DNA of 64,000 nucleotides, taken from the NCBI RefSeq assembly GCF_009914755.1, contig NC_060944.1, one strand, 5' to 3'. The stretch is from the human T2T-CHM13v2.0 reference genome, Homo sapiens. Both the position numbers and the translations under genes were made by a program. The notes under the pieces are model-generated. The model was not told the origin of the DNA. It saw nothing but the letters and a program-made list of their open reading frames with translations, and made no database searches. Below, one piece after another: positions 31,481 through 46,010 of the stretch (positions within the stretch are counted from its first letter, which is position 1; each line of letters begins with the position of its first letter).

Positions 31481-32023
31481 TCGGCGATTTCCTAGGCTTA
31501 TCCAGGGGCTGGGGTCAGGCCTCTGATCCCCTACTTTCTCTTTGCAACCTGAGAAGGAGTCAGACGGCGCTGCTGGGCCTAGGTTGAGGGGGTCGTCAGG
31601 AGTTCAGGGCTGCATGGGACTCCAGGTGGTTGGGACAGCACCAGATGGTGGTGGGATCCCCTCCCTCCGGCTCCAGACTCCGCCCCCAGGGACTAACAGA
31701 ATAACATCCTCCTAATCCCTGATTTGTGTGCAGCGCCTTAGCTGATGTCACTCCTAGACCCAAAATGAAGGGTCTTAGACCCCAGTGCATGGAAGGGGCA
31801 ACAGGCCCAGAGAGGAGGATTAGCTCTCTCGAGGTCACATAACCAATTAGAGTCATGCTCACTGAGTGACAGATGGATTATTAGCCAGGGGCAAAGACAT
31901 AATAGGGGCTCAGTACAAGTGGTAAGATACACATCCTCCTTCCACTGGGGACCCGATCTTGGGCTCAGCCTTATCACGGTTTGATAGGCTCCTAGGTGTC
32001 CTTACTCCTGGACCCTTTTCCAG

Positions 32024-32140
32024 GGAATCTCTGGAGATTGGTTCACCTTTTGTGGTCCTGACCCCTTCTGTCCTCACTGTACCTTGAAGTCCTAGAGTCC
32101 AATAAAATCGCTGCCTCCCAGCTGTTTGGATCACAGAGAG
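32024..32140 (+). other. TP53INP2: TP53INP2 non-coding (alternatively spliced) exon 2; the acceptor choice is inferred
   Basis: Acceptor ccttttccAG at 32022-32023 and donor GAG|GTGAGT at 32140/32141. An alternative 5'UTR exon 2 is known for this gene. Confidence 0.65.
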
Positions 32141-34474
32141 GTGAGTCATTGGCTGCCTCGGGGTGTCTCCAGGGCTGATGTTGGGGTGGAGGGTGGGGTG
32201 AGGGTTCCCTCTATTGGCCCTTTACCTTCCCAACTTCCTAGGTCGTCAGCTAGGAAGGGCCTGACCTGGCCTAGTGCAGACAATTGCAGGTGTTTTGCTG
32301 CTCCCTCGTCACCTCTGCCCACAGAGAGTATAGGAGAAGGGATAGGATAAGGAGAGTTTCTGACTTAACAAGTGGATGGGCCTAGAGGCTGAACCAGGAA
32401 CTCCATTCCTGCTGGGAGTTTGCTCAAGGATGGGCTGGGGGTAGGGGTGGCTTAGGGCACAAATGCTATTCTGGGCAGAGCTGCTGTAGTTATTAAAGGG
32501 AATGGTTCTCCCTGGAGCAGAACTGGGAATGTGAGAACCAGGAAGCTGGCAGGGCTGGGAAAGGAAATCTGGGAGGCTCCCCAAGTGGTCAGGAGAGGGG
32601 GCAGGCACTGGCTGGCTGGTGACTGCTTTCACTCCTGGCTGTCACTGACTTGCTGTGTGACCTCAGGCAGGGAGCTTTTCCCCTGAGCCTCCCTCCCCTA
32701 AACCTATCTGAAATTTGGGGAGGCACAGTGCAGGCTCTGGTACACAGTGGGTCTTCAGTAAATGCATGCTAAATCTTGGTGCCAGTAACCCCAGACCCTT
32801 TTGTAGCTAGGCGAGGGGTGGTGTGGCTAGGTCAAGGTCTTTTTCACCTCCCTGTACCCCTGCATCATTGTATTCTTGGGGATTGTTTGCTGAGTCTTTC
32901 CTGACTGTGTACACTCTGGACTGGATGCACAGTAACGTGGGACTAGGTCTGCCCTGCCACTATCTAGCCATGTATTTTTGGATAGATTTATGTCTTCTTT
33001 CTGATCATCAGATTTTAAAATGGGCTGGGTGAATATGATGGTCCCTGAAACAGCTCTTAACTTCTCTTTCATATTCCATGAATTAGTAGGTTCTTGGAAG
33101 GAGGATGTGCCTCATCAAGGCCTCGATATTCCCTTCCTTCAAGAGGGGCCAAACTTTCTGGGCTTTTGGTAATGGAGTCACTAGCTCCCTGTGGCTACAT
33201 ATGGGTTGGGATACATGAATTGTGCTGGGTGGACACTAGTTGGGGGTGGCCCCACCTTCTTAATCCCTGTAGATCTCCCACCCCCATCCCACCAGAGAAG
33301 CCAGCATCTTAAGCCTACTGTGAGTCTGCAGATGTGGAAATATTCTCAGGGTATGGAAGTGAGGTGATTCTGCAGCAAGTGTGAAAACATTTCTAGGGAA
33401 TGGGGGAGGTAGCAATAAGCATGGCAATACTGCAGGTGGATTAGCAGAAAGAGGAGAAATGCCTTCAGGGAAGTCTGGACATGCCCCCAGGAAGTTCTAC
33501 AGGAAGTGTGGAAACACCCTTAGAGAATGGTGACAAGTGTCTCAGCAGCAAAACCGTTGAGCATCTTTAGGGAACAGGTGTGGAGAGTCAGTCAGGCTTC
33601 AGGTACTGGGGGAGTATGGCCAGCAGCCCCCAGCCAAGCTCTAGTCCTGAGGTAGGCTGGCATGGGGAGGGGGTAGATCTAGAGCTACCACCTTGGTGTT
33701 TCCATTTCTGCAGTAGGGGGCCTCCCTCTTCATCTTCACCCAGGGAAGGATTGGTTAAGGGCTTACCTCGGTCTGGGTCCAACCCTCAGTGCTCATCCTT
33801 AAGGGCTCCTGGGAACTGACAGCTCCCTCCCTTCATCATCACCTCCCACTGACCTGCTGTCTCACTGAGCCCAAGCAACCTGATCTTCCTCCTACCCCTG
33901 GATGCTGCCCTTGAACAGGAGCCTGGGAAAAGGGGGTCAGAGAGGGGAGGGCCTGCCGGCATGCCATCTTTACACTTCATATGACAGACACAACCGAGGT
34001 GTGCCAAATCACATGGTAAGATGGTAGCAGTTCTATGGGATTTCTGCTGGCCAGTGCTTTTCAAACCACACAGGCTCCAGGAGTGGTTCTTAATCTCTGG
34101 GGTCAAAGATTGCTGTTTAGGAAATCATGATGAAAACCAAGGTCCTTTTTCCCAGAAAAATACACATGGACCATGACCCCTGGCCACCAAATTGAAAATA
34201 TCAAATTCAGACAGACACCCAGAAAAGGCAATAGAATATAGTGATTCTGGGTGCTGCCTCTGGAATCTGATTGTGTGGATTCAATCCCACCTTTGTCTCC
34301 TACTAGCTCTGAGACTTTGGGACAGTTAACTTCTCTGAGCCTCAATTTCTTAACTGTAAAGTAAGGACAGTAATTATCCACTTCCTGTAGTTGTTGTGAG
34401 GATTACATGAGGTAATATAGGTAAAGCTGCTTAGCATAGTGCCTGGAACATAAATGTTAGCTATATCATTATTA

Positions 34475-34726
34475 TTATTTTGAGACCAAGTTTCGCTCTG
34501 TCACCCAGGCTGGAGTGCAGTGGCACCTCGCAGGTTCCAGTGATTCTCCTGCCTCAGCCTGGGATTACAGGCACCTGCCACCACGCCCAGCTAATTTTTG
34601 TATTATTAGTAGAGATGGGGTTCACCACGTTGGCCAGGCTGGTCTTGAACTCCTGGCCTCAAGTGATTCACCCACTTCTGCCTCCCAAAGTGCTGGGATT
34701 ACAGGCGTGAGCCACTGTGCCCGGCC
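34475..34726 (-). mobile_element. Internally deleted Alu in TP53INP2 intron 2, flanked by MIRs
   Basis: Reverse Alu consensus; TAGCTATAT direct repeat. Confidence 0.85.
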
Positions 34727-35405
34727 TAGCTATATTATAATGATAACAAGCAGACAATATGGGCAATTTCCTCCCTGCCTGGAGAACTCCTATTTACTCC
34801 TCAGAGTGCAGCTTGGATGTCCAATTCTCTGGAGACCTTCCCTGGCAGAGCTGTGTCATGTGTCACTCTATGTTCCTAAAGCACCCTGTAATAATAACTA
34901 ATTTATTAGTTTGTTGAGTGCTTACCATATGCCCAGACAGTTCTAAGCACTTTATAAGTGTTTAGCTCATTTAATTCTTCCTCCTCCATCTTTTTTTCTC
35001 ATTCAATAACTTTGGTATAGCTCATTTAATTCTTATTAGAGCCTGGAGGAGGATACTATTATTAGCTTATTTAATTCTTATAAGAGCCCGGAGGAAGGTA
35101 CTATTATCATTGTCTTTTGACAGATGAGAAAACTAAGGCACAGATAAGTTAAATAACTTTCTAAAATCATACAGAAGATAAAAAAAAAACCCTGGATTTG
35201 AATGCAGAAAGCACATCTTCCCAAAGCGTCCGCACACATCCCCGTTGTGTGTACCCTTCTCCCTGCTCTGGGGGTGATATCTTCTGGCCTCTTCCCCAGG
35301 CCAGGAGTGGGGTGAACCTCAATCAGTGGTGGCTCTCACGTCCTTCTGATTCCCAGGTTTTTGCACTGCCATAGGGCGCCCCCGTGAGGCGCTTCGCCCC
35401 CCACC

Positions 35406-35529
35406 ATGTTCCAGCGCCTCTCCAGCCTCTTCTTCAGCACCCCCTCGCCCCCCGAAGACCCCGACTGCCCCCGCGCCTTCGTGTCGGAGGAGGATGAAGT
35501 GGACGGCTGGCTCATCATTGACCTGCCGG
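35406..35529 (+). CDS. TP53INP2: TP53INP2/DOR coding part of exon 3 (exon starts 35357): MFQRLSSLFFSTPSPPEDPDCPRAFVSEEDEVDGWLIIDLP, including the LC3-interacting W35-L-I-I motif
   Basis: Acceptor AG at 35355-35356; ccaccATG at 35406; 124 nt to a G|GTGAG donor. LIR codons at 35508-35519 are preceded by acidic residues. Confidence 0.96.
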
Positions 35530-35897
35530 GTGAGGCCTGGGTCTGTCTCCTGGGCCTGTGAAGTCATTCTAAGGGCAGATGGCCTAGCAGCGGAGGGGAA
35601 GGGCGCTGCTGGGGGACGGGGGAGTCCCCCAAGCCTACTGGAGGTGGGGTCACGGGGCCCCTTCCCATGAAAGCCGGGGCTCTCTCCTGGCGGCCCAGGA
35701 GAGGCCCGCACGTCAGGTCCCCTAGGGCAGCAGGGCGAGACGCCTGGCCCGTGGGTGCCCCGGGGCGCTGCGGACGGGCTGCGGGTCTGACTAACGATGC
35801 CCTTTCTCTCCCCGCCCCCTTGTCCGGTGTGTGTGTGTGTGTGTGCGCCTCCTCGCTGCTCCCCTCCTCTGCACGGCTCCCATCCCGCGCCCCGTAG

Positions 35898-36186
35898 ACA
35901 GCTACGCGGCTCCACCCAGCCCCGGGGCCGCCCCTGCCCCCGCGGGCCGCCCTCCGCCCGCGCCCTCCTTGATGGACGAGAGCTGGTTTGTTACCCCTCC
36001 CGCCTGTTTTACGGCAGAGGGGCCTGGACTCGGTCCCGCCCGCCTCCAGAGCAGTCCCCTGGAGGACCTCCTCATCGAGCACCCCAGCATGTCCGTTTAC
36101 GTCACCGGCAGCACCATAGTGCTAGAGCCCGGGTCCCCTTCCCCGCTCCCGGACGCGGCCCTGCCTGACGGCGACCTCAGCGAAGG
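35898..36186 (+). CDS. TP53INP2: TP53INP2 coding exon 4 (DSYAAPPSPG...MDESWFVTPPACFTA...PLEDLLIEHPSMSVY...DLSEG)
   Basis: TAG acceptor at 35895-35897; 289 nt; GG|GTGAG donor. Phases fit both neighbours. The TP53INP-family motifs ESWFVTPP and LLIEHPSMSVY are present. Confidence 0.96.
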
Positions 36187-36720
36187 GTGAGCGGGCCGGG
36201 GGCGGAGCCTGGAGGCCCAGGGAGACGGATCTTGGAGGCCAGGGTCCAGGCTAGGAGGCTGGGGTAGTGGGGCCAGGAGCCCGCCCCGCGCTCGAGGGGG
36301 TAGCGGCCTTGGGAGGGTTGCCTTTGAGACAAAGTGGGGGGCCGGTGGGCCTCCGGGCGAGGCTAGAAGCGGGCCTGAGGACGGAGGGGCGGGGCTTGAG
36401 AGGGAGGGGCGTGGCCAAGAGGCTGGGGCCGGGGTTGGAGGCTTGAGGAGCGTGGCTGGAGCGCCTAGGGAGTGGGACTTAAACAGAAAGGCAAGGGTGG
36501 AATAGGGGGTGGGGGTCCAGTCTCCCCCGAGGTCCAGTTTACCTGTTAAGGGCTAGAACCGAGGAGGCACCTCCGGGTTGGTACCCACAAGAAGGGCGTC
36601 GGGCACCCCAATCTGAACAGACACAGAACTGAGCCGAAGCAAGGGTGGGAGATGGCAGCGCCCTCTAGCCCCCCCCGCCCAGCTTACCCGGCTTGACCGA
36701 GCCTGGCTCTGTCCTCACAG

Positions 36721-36970
36721 GGAATTGACGCCCGCCCGCCGCGAGCCGCGGGCCGCGCGCCACGCCGCTCCTCTCCCAGCGCGGGCGGCGCTGCTGGAGA
36801 AGGCGGGCCAGGTGCGGCGGCTGCAGCGGGCCCGGCAGCGGGCAGAGCGCCACGCGCTGAGCGCCAAGGCGGTGCAGCGGCAGAACCGAGCCCGCGAGAG
36901 CCGTCCGCGCCGGTCCAAGAACCAGAGCAGCTTCATCTACCAGCCGTGCCAGCGCCAGTTCAACTACTGA
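36721..36970 (+). CDS. TP53INP2: TP53INP2 final coding exon (ELTPARREPR...RQNRARESRPRRSKNQSSFIYQPCQRQFNY*), with a basic C-terminal nuclear/nucleolar targeting region
   Basis: Acceptor cctcacAG at 36719-36720. 124+289+250 = 663 nt = 220 aa plus TGA. Confidence 0.96.
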
Positions 36971-39900
36971 GCGTCCACCGGCCGCGCCACGAACCCCTTG
37001 CCGATCCCGATCCCTGTCGGGCTCCTCCGACTCCTCGGGCTGGACACCGAAACCTCCCTTCTTAAAGCGTGTGAGGTTGGGTGATAGCCGTTCCTTCCCC
37101 GACACCCTCAATTTCCCCATCTCTGATCCTCTAATCTGCCTCTGAACCCATTCACCCTTCACCCTCACTCCTGGTCCCCATACCCAGCATCTAATCATCC
37201 ATGCCCCCTACTCCTGGCCCCTCCATCCTTTCTTCTCTGGTCCCCATCCCTGTCTCTCCCTTTCACCCTTGCCCTCCAGTCCTCTACCTCTGGCCTGCCC
37301 CTATTTCTGAAAGCTTCTTCCAGTCCCTGATCTGGCTCATTCCCCACCTTCAACTCCCACCTTACATGTCTCACACTATCCCATGGTTGGCATTACACTC
37401 ACTCCTGTTCCCTTATTCTTCATTCCCAGTAATTCCCTACCAAATGGTGGGGACCCTGAGCCCAGCTCTGACCAGGTAGAGCCTGTGCAGCCTGGGCTGC
37501 TGTCATTGCCCTCCAGTAAGGGCTCAGGGTTTTGCTTTTAGTCTCCCCTTCCTTCTGCCTTGGGGGCGGTACTCTGTGGAGCTGCTTAGGCCTGGAAAGG
37601 TACAGTATGTAGAAGAGGACTGTGAGACGTGAGTTAGAGGGAGAAGATGGAGGGAATCTAGGGAACGAGGCAGCCTATTGGAGATGCGGACAGGACAGAC
37701 ACGTTGAGAAGCTGCAGGGAGCAGGGCACCAAGGGAGTGTGCACTGTGCTTGCTCAGAGAGGCCAAACCCTGCTCCCAGGCTGAAGCCTGGAGTCTGCCC
37801 CCACTTCCCTTTTCTATAATCCACCCTTCTGCAGGCCCTGAAATCTGAAGGGCTTAGTTAGTACCTTGCCACTCTACCCCCAACACGTCACCCGAGTAGA
37901 AGCTGGGCAAGGCCCTACCATCCTGGCCGTCTGTTCACAAGCCCAAGGTGCTAGAACTAGCTTAGGAGACATGCAGGCCACAGGGCTTCTAGGCAGGGAA
38001 AGGGCACACACCCTAGGTCAGCGTGCAGAGCAGTGATGCTGGAGGACACACCATGGGGTGAAGCCATCCCAAGGCTGACAGCTCAGTCTTCACCTTGCCT
38101 CTGGCCTTGTATTTCACACCCTGCTCAGTATGGCTAGCCAGCAGTCCTGAGTAGGAGTCCAGGACTCCCACTGTCTCAATCTGCAAATTGTTCCTATCCA
38201 GGTTCAGGGCCTTCAGGGGGCCTCTTTTCATTTTCTCCCACAGGCCTCTCTTTCTTTCTAGGTTGCTGGGGAGAAATGGGTACCCTATGATCCCCCTCCC
38301 CTTCTCCTCCAGTAAATACCTGGAAGAGGGAACCTGAATCCCTGGGGGAGACAGAAGGGGCAGGGGCCACCAGCCTCCCCTTCTTGTGGTGAGACTGAAT
38401 TTTGGGCTCAGACACCAGCAACAGCCTCTTGGGATGCCCTGAGTTGCTTCCCATTTCCTCTTTCTAGCCGTCCTTTTCTAGTGTGTGCTCACTCTTCCTA
38501 GGAACTTTTAAGACTTCTTGGTACCTATGAACATAGGTCCTCCCCTCACCCCAACTCTAGGTTTCCAGGCCTCACAGCCAAGCTGAAGCTTGGAGAAAAC
38601 TCTGCATTCCCATGAGGGCAAAGGCAGCTGCCCTCCCTGACCCTATAGCCCCAGGCCTCATGGGGGGTATGTGGGGAAGGGATGGGGTATCCCCATGGAT
38701 GCTGGGATGAGGACAGAGGAAGACCTGATGGGGTCTCCTATTCCAGGGAATAAGCCAAATTAACACTAAAAACGGATCAAAGCTCCCACGCCAGTCCACT
38801 AGGGCCCCAGTAGTTGACAGCCTTGCTCCTCTCCCAAGTTCTCCTTCAGAACCTAGTTGCTTTTATTCTTCCAGCTACCACTTGGGCACTTCACAGCCAG
38901 CCTAGGGTCTTCGGCACCTCCAAGAGCTGAATCTCCCTCCAACCCTTCTTGCCTACTCCTCACTGCCAGCTGGGACCTAGGCTCAGTCCTGTGTGGTGCC
39001 CATGATCCTTCTGGTGGGGGAAGAGTTTAAGTTATAGGGCATTTGGCTCAAATTTTAAAAGGCCTTTTGTTTACCTATATTTCTGGAGGCTCCTGTATTC
39101 TAGAACCCAATCTCTCACCTGCTTGGTTGCAAGGCTCATATTTTTTTGTACCTTTCCTATAGATTCTGTAGCATTTGAGTGTGGCAATATTTTAATTGTG
39201 TATAGATTTCTAAGAACCAACACTACTCAGTCTCCTGCTAGTCTGACTCCTGAAGCATCAGCCCTTGTCATACTGTATTGACTGTGTACGTGCCTTTCAC
39301 CTTGAGCATGCTTCAGGATTTTTTTTTAAACCACAGAACTTGAATACATGAGGGAACCAGAGTTCAAAGTCCTATGCAACCTTAGGAGGGGGTTAGAGAG
39401 TCTGTTTTGATTGATGTTTTCTGAGGCCCTAGAGGAGTTTGTATCAATTTGTGAGTATTAATGTCAGTACTACCAGCACTTTGCCAAAACTGTCAGAGGG
39501 ACCCGTTTCTAGAGTGAGTCCCAGTTACATCAAACAGTGACTTCCAGTTATTCCCCAGTAAGTCTGAGTGGTTCCTTCAAGCTGGGTGTCTTTCCAGCCT
39601 TTGCCAGTCTAGCCCCAGCAGGGCACCGTGTATGAATGCAGTTTGGTGCTGTTTTAGAGTATGCCTGCTCCCCAGCCCCCTGCCTGGAACCCTCTGAGCA
39701 ACTTGCTCTGACCTATAATGTCTTAGGTGCAACACGGACCCCACCAGAGCTCTTGGATACCCCCCTAGATCCATGTGGCTTTATGTGAGGGGACTGAATG
39801 CAGACACACCATAGCCCCCTTCTACTACTTTCCCTCTCGCCCTGCCACCTAGTTCCACATGGAACCAACAAGTTGAGTGCATCCCTGTTGGGTGTTTTGT

Positions 39901-40100
39901 GTTGAGACTGGCTGAAATGAGGAGACTTTGACCATGTGACGTGTCAACAGACTCAAGGAGACAACCACCTCAACTGGGTCATGTGGCATGCCTGTGTATG
40001 TGTGTAACAGAATTCTGATTGTTAGACTGTAATGCTATTCCTCTATGGGAGAAAAAAATTAATATAAAGAAAAACAAATAAAAATATATTTAAAGCACAT
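36971..40100 (+). other. TP53INP2: TP53INP2 long 3'UTR (end approximate)
   Basis: Sequence with no recognisable interspersed repeats, running from the stop codon to AATAAA at 40077-40082. Confidence 0.8.
40077..40082 (+). terminator. Polyadenylation signal of TP53INP2
   Basis: AATAAA at the end of the UTR, with upstream TGTA elements. Confidence 0.75.
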
Positions 40101-40697
40101 GATCCTTTCTGCCTGAGTTGAGCTTAAGTATGAGAAGCATCTTGTAATCTTAAGCACAGTAGTGGCATAGGATATTATGATAAAGCTGGCCTTGGTTCTG
40201 GTGTGTGTGTCATATGGGAGAGGAAGAGGGGAGATAAGCTTACTGGGAACAGAGCCAGACAATGGGGTCTGACTCATAAATGACTACTGTTAGAGGATCC
40301 TTACAATGCAAGACACATACATGAAGACAGCTGAAATAGAGATGAGAATAACAGCATGACAGAATGACCAAACTCATCCTTGTGGTCTCAGGCACTGGGT
40401 TAGAGCAAGGGCAAGTAGCCACTGGAGGGGAAAGGATGAAGTCTAATCCTGGGGGAGATGCAGCAGAAGGCTGAAGCCCAGGCTGAGACAAGGCCAGGGC
40501 CCCAAGCATCAGAGTCTCCTCAAGTTGCAGGTAGGGTGGGGCAGAAGCAGCTGGCTTTGGAGACTACACACATTTTGAAGAAGGACAGCCAGAGTGAAAT
40601 GTAGTGGACATCTCTGAAATATACAGCACAAAATGACCCCTTTAATTTGGGAGCTGCTCTGTCTAACCACAGAACTAAAGGTGGAAACCTGACCTAA

Positions 40698-40996
<299 letters not shown>

Positions 40997-41449
40997 CCTG
41001 GACTAGATTCTTGATGCTGGCACAATCTTACAGGCCAGTTTGGGCTTACCTCCTGCAAGGAGGAGATGTCAGCACAATTGTTTTGGAGCAATCCACCATG
41101 CAAATGGAGGAGCAGATATGTGACATGGTGAAAAAGTGCCATCTCAGCTGCTGACAGCTTCCTGTCCCTAGAAAATCCTGGGTGGCCATTGATCTCTAAG
41201 TTGGTTTTGTTATTTGCATCAAAAGAAATCTGAGCAATATATATCAAAATACCTGGCACAGTGCTGAACAGGGCTAGTTTCTTCAAAGCCAAGAATGAGG
41301 TGAGGGAGCAAGTATGTACATTTTCCTCAACTTGCCAGGCGGGCATCTCAGGTTCAATGAGGACTAGATAGGAATTCCATCCACAAGGCTGTGTCTGCTT
41401 AGTTAAGGTCCAAAGAAAGAGCTGATCACCCAAAAATCCCTTACCAATA

Positions 41450-41981
41450 ACATAACTTTATGTTCTATGACAATGACATTTATTTAACACGTTATTTCAC
41501 ATTGTACAAATCCTTAGATTCTCTTTATTCACTGGTCCATTTCTACAACAAATACATCCAAAACACTATATAATAAAATTATTTACAACATTTCCAAATG
41601 AGAAGATTGCTTTTGCCCCCACTACTGCTATTCACACACAGTACTTCCACGGCACAATACATTAGGAGATCTAAAAATGCTCACCCTGTACTCTAGGCTG
41701 CTTAGGAAATGTGAAAACTAGTAACATTTATAATGGCATTAGCTCCTTTCAATACAAGACAACATTTTAGAAACCTTGAACTTCAACTCGCAACACCAAA
41801 AGGGCTCAACAGTCCTGCTTTCCCCATTGCACTTTATGAAACAGGTTGCAGGGACTAGGAAAAGGGCCACATTATTAAAATTACTAACTGTACAGAAATT
41901 GATTTAAAAAAGTCACAGCTCAAAATTGCTCTTTGTAAAAGTCACACACATTTCCAAGTATCAAGTCGCAGTCCTGCTTGT
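41450..41981 (-). other. NCOA6: NCOA6 3'UTR with two AATAAA signals (41529-41524 and 41484-41479)
   Basis: AU-rich sequence after the stop codon; TTTATT occurs twice on the + strand. Confidence 0.82.
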
Positions 41982-42025
41982 TTACTTGGATTTTCTTCGC
42001 TTGGATTGCACCGCACTGGTTATGT
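41982..42025 (-). CDS. NCOA6: NCOA6 last coding exon (DITSAVQSKRRKSK*)
   Basis: Acceptor ttctttcccccacAG at 42027-42026; TAA at 41984-41982; in frame with the preceding exon. Confidence 0.95.
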
Positions 42026-42594
42026 CTGTGGGGGAAAGAAAGGACATGTTCAGTGGAAGTAACTCTTTACAGCAGTGCCCTTTAGACAGTCCACAACAAG
42101 CAGGGCAGACCTAAGGGGAGCCCTACTCAACTCAGAATCTGTCTAAGGGGTGCTCTGAATGGAGAGAGTCACAGGCTTTGCTTGATGACTTACGTGGGAA
42201 GAGGGTGTGGTCCTGCATTGGGCAGAATTGGAATGTGACAGAGGTGGTGGCGATGAAGCACACTGACTAGAGAAAGTGCAGGGTGGAGAGAGCCTTTGTA
42301 GCTGGGCAATTCACCCACTGTTTCCCTCACCAGTTCTCATCATAAAACGAAGTGTAATAGACAGACTGACAATGCTTTTGGTGAGAAATCAACGAGTAAT
42401 GCCATAAGCAAATGAGTAAATTCTGTTAGAATGCAAAAAAAAACCTGCCTTGGGATCCCTTTTGGAGCCAAGCTATTGTTTCACAGTAAGGAACCATTTT
42501 TGTCATGCTATAGTCAAGGTCTAAACAACATGACCATGGGCCTTGGTCAGTGAGGGTCTACTATGGCCCAGCCAGTTATATCAAGATTGTGGAA

Positions 42595-44143
<1,549 letters not shown>

Positions 44144-45089
44144 CTAGATGAATTTCCAAGAGGTGCCCAGTACAGTAATTTCATTCAAGCCTCTGTTGGT
44201 GGAAATTTCAGTATGTTTGTCTTCTCAAAGGTCATGTTTTTTTTTGTGCCATGTGGTAGAATCAGTCTTTCTGATTTACTCATTAGTCTTTTACTAATCA
44301 GAAGACAGTTAATCTGCCAGGATGTTAATAATGGTGTTCTTTATTTTAATTCATGTAAATTAAAGAGTCTCACACAGCCCACATAACTCCCTAAAATCAA
44401 CTCTTCAGGTCCAAATCTCAAGCGTTATTTTCACTGCAGCAAATTTGTCATTTGCAGTAAAAATAGGCAGGGTTTTTGTCTTGACAGTGTTCATCCTCAG
44501 CAAAACATTCATTAACTAGGTCAACTTTGGAAGCTTTTCCCTTGTTGTGATATGAAGGATCAAGTGGTATGTCTGAGAAACATATGTGGCTGGGAAAAGA
44601 AGTGGGTAGTGGGGTGTGGGGGAGAAGCAACCTCAGGCTCCCCCTCCTTCCTTGCTTGTTCCCATTTGTCACTGCTCCGAAGCACCCAATGAACTGGTAG
44701 GTTGCCTCTGAGCGTGAATCAATGAGTGGGGTCAGGAATAAACAAATGACTTGTGCTAGAAACTGCAAAAAAACCCACAAACACACCATTAAAAACCCTC
44801 ATCTTTTGGATACTGTGGTTGGTGGGGAGAAGGATGTAAACTTTCATACTTCCATGAGGAAAAAAATAAATTTTAAACTGAGTTTGAAGTCTCTATCACC
44901 TTCCCTGGATAAATCCAGTCAATCTGAGACATAGAGCAAACCTCAGACTCAACATGTCTAAAACCAAACTTGGGATTTTCACCTCCAACAGTGAGGTCCT
45001 TTGCCACTGTTCCCCATCATGTCTGAAAAAAATCTGTCTGAAAAAAACATCTTTTGATGAGTTTTTTTGTTTTGGTAGTTGATTTTCTA

Positions 45090-45466
<377 letters not shown>

Positions 45467-46010
45467 ACAAATTACTTTAAGGTAAGAAATTCTAGGTAAG
45501 TGATGTAGAGGCTAATGATCCAGTCAGGGTGTACCTCAGACTGTGATTGGCACGCTGTTCCTAAAGGCTGCCTGGCCTGACTGTGAACCTACCTTCAGTT
45601 TTTTAACTATCAGGGATTTTACAAAATTAGTGTCTCTTAACAGATAGACAAATAGTTCAAACTCTAGCAGTGTAGTCAAATCATTTATATCCATGTCTTA
45701 GAACCAACTGGGTGGTAAAGAACTGGGTCAATAATAGTCTTTTAAGTGACTGTCCAACTATGTCACTGGGGGAACATTTAAATTTATAACCTAATAAAGG
45801 GATTTGTTTTTCAGCCTGGTTGCCTCATTTTGACCTTAAGCAAATTTGACCAAATCTACAGTACAAGGCTCTACTTAATCCTCTAGTATGTGACCTCTAC
45901 CATCCAAGGAGCTTTAGAAATGGACTTTGACCTTGCTCACATCATTGTGCCTTTCACTGTACTATTTCTATCCGAGACGTCTAAGTAATTGTAAAAAATT
46001 CTGGAAATCG

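Larger units (their letters stand above)
35370..37100. promoter_or_regulatory. Intragenic CpG island spanning the TP53INP2 coding exons
   Basis: High CpG density through exons 3-5 and introns 3-4; GC boxes in intron 4. Confidence 0.8.

Noticed and set aside
35319-37198. Antisense ORFs of 172-198 aa over TP53INP2
   Set aside because: Shadow ORFs of GC-rich coding and CpG-island sequence.
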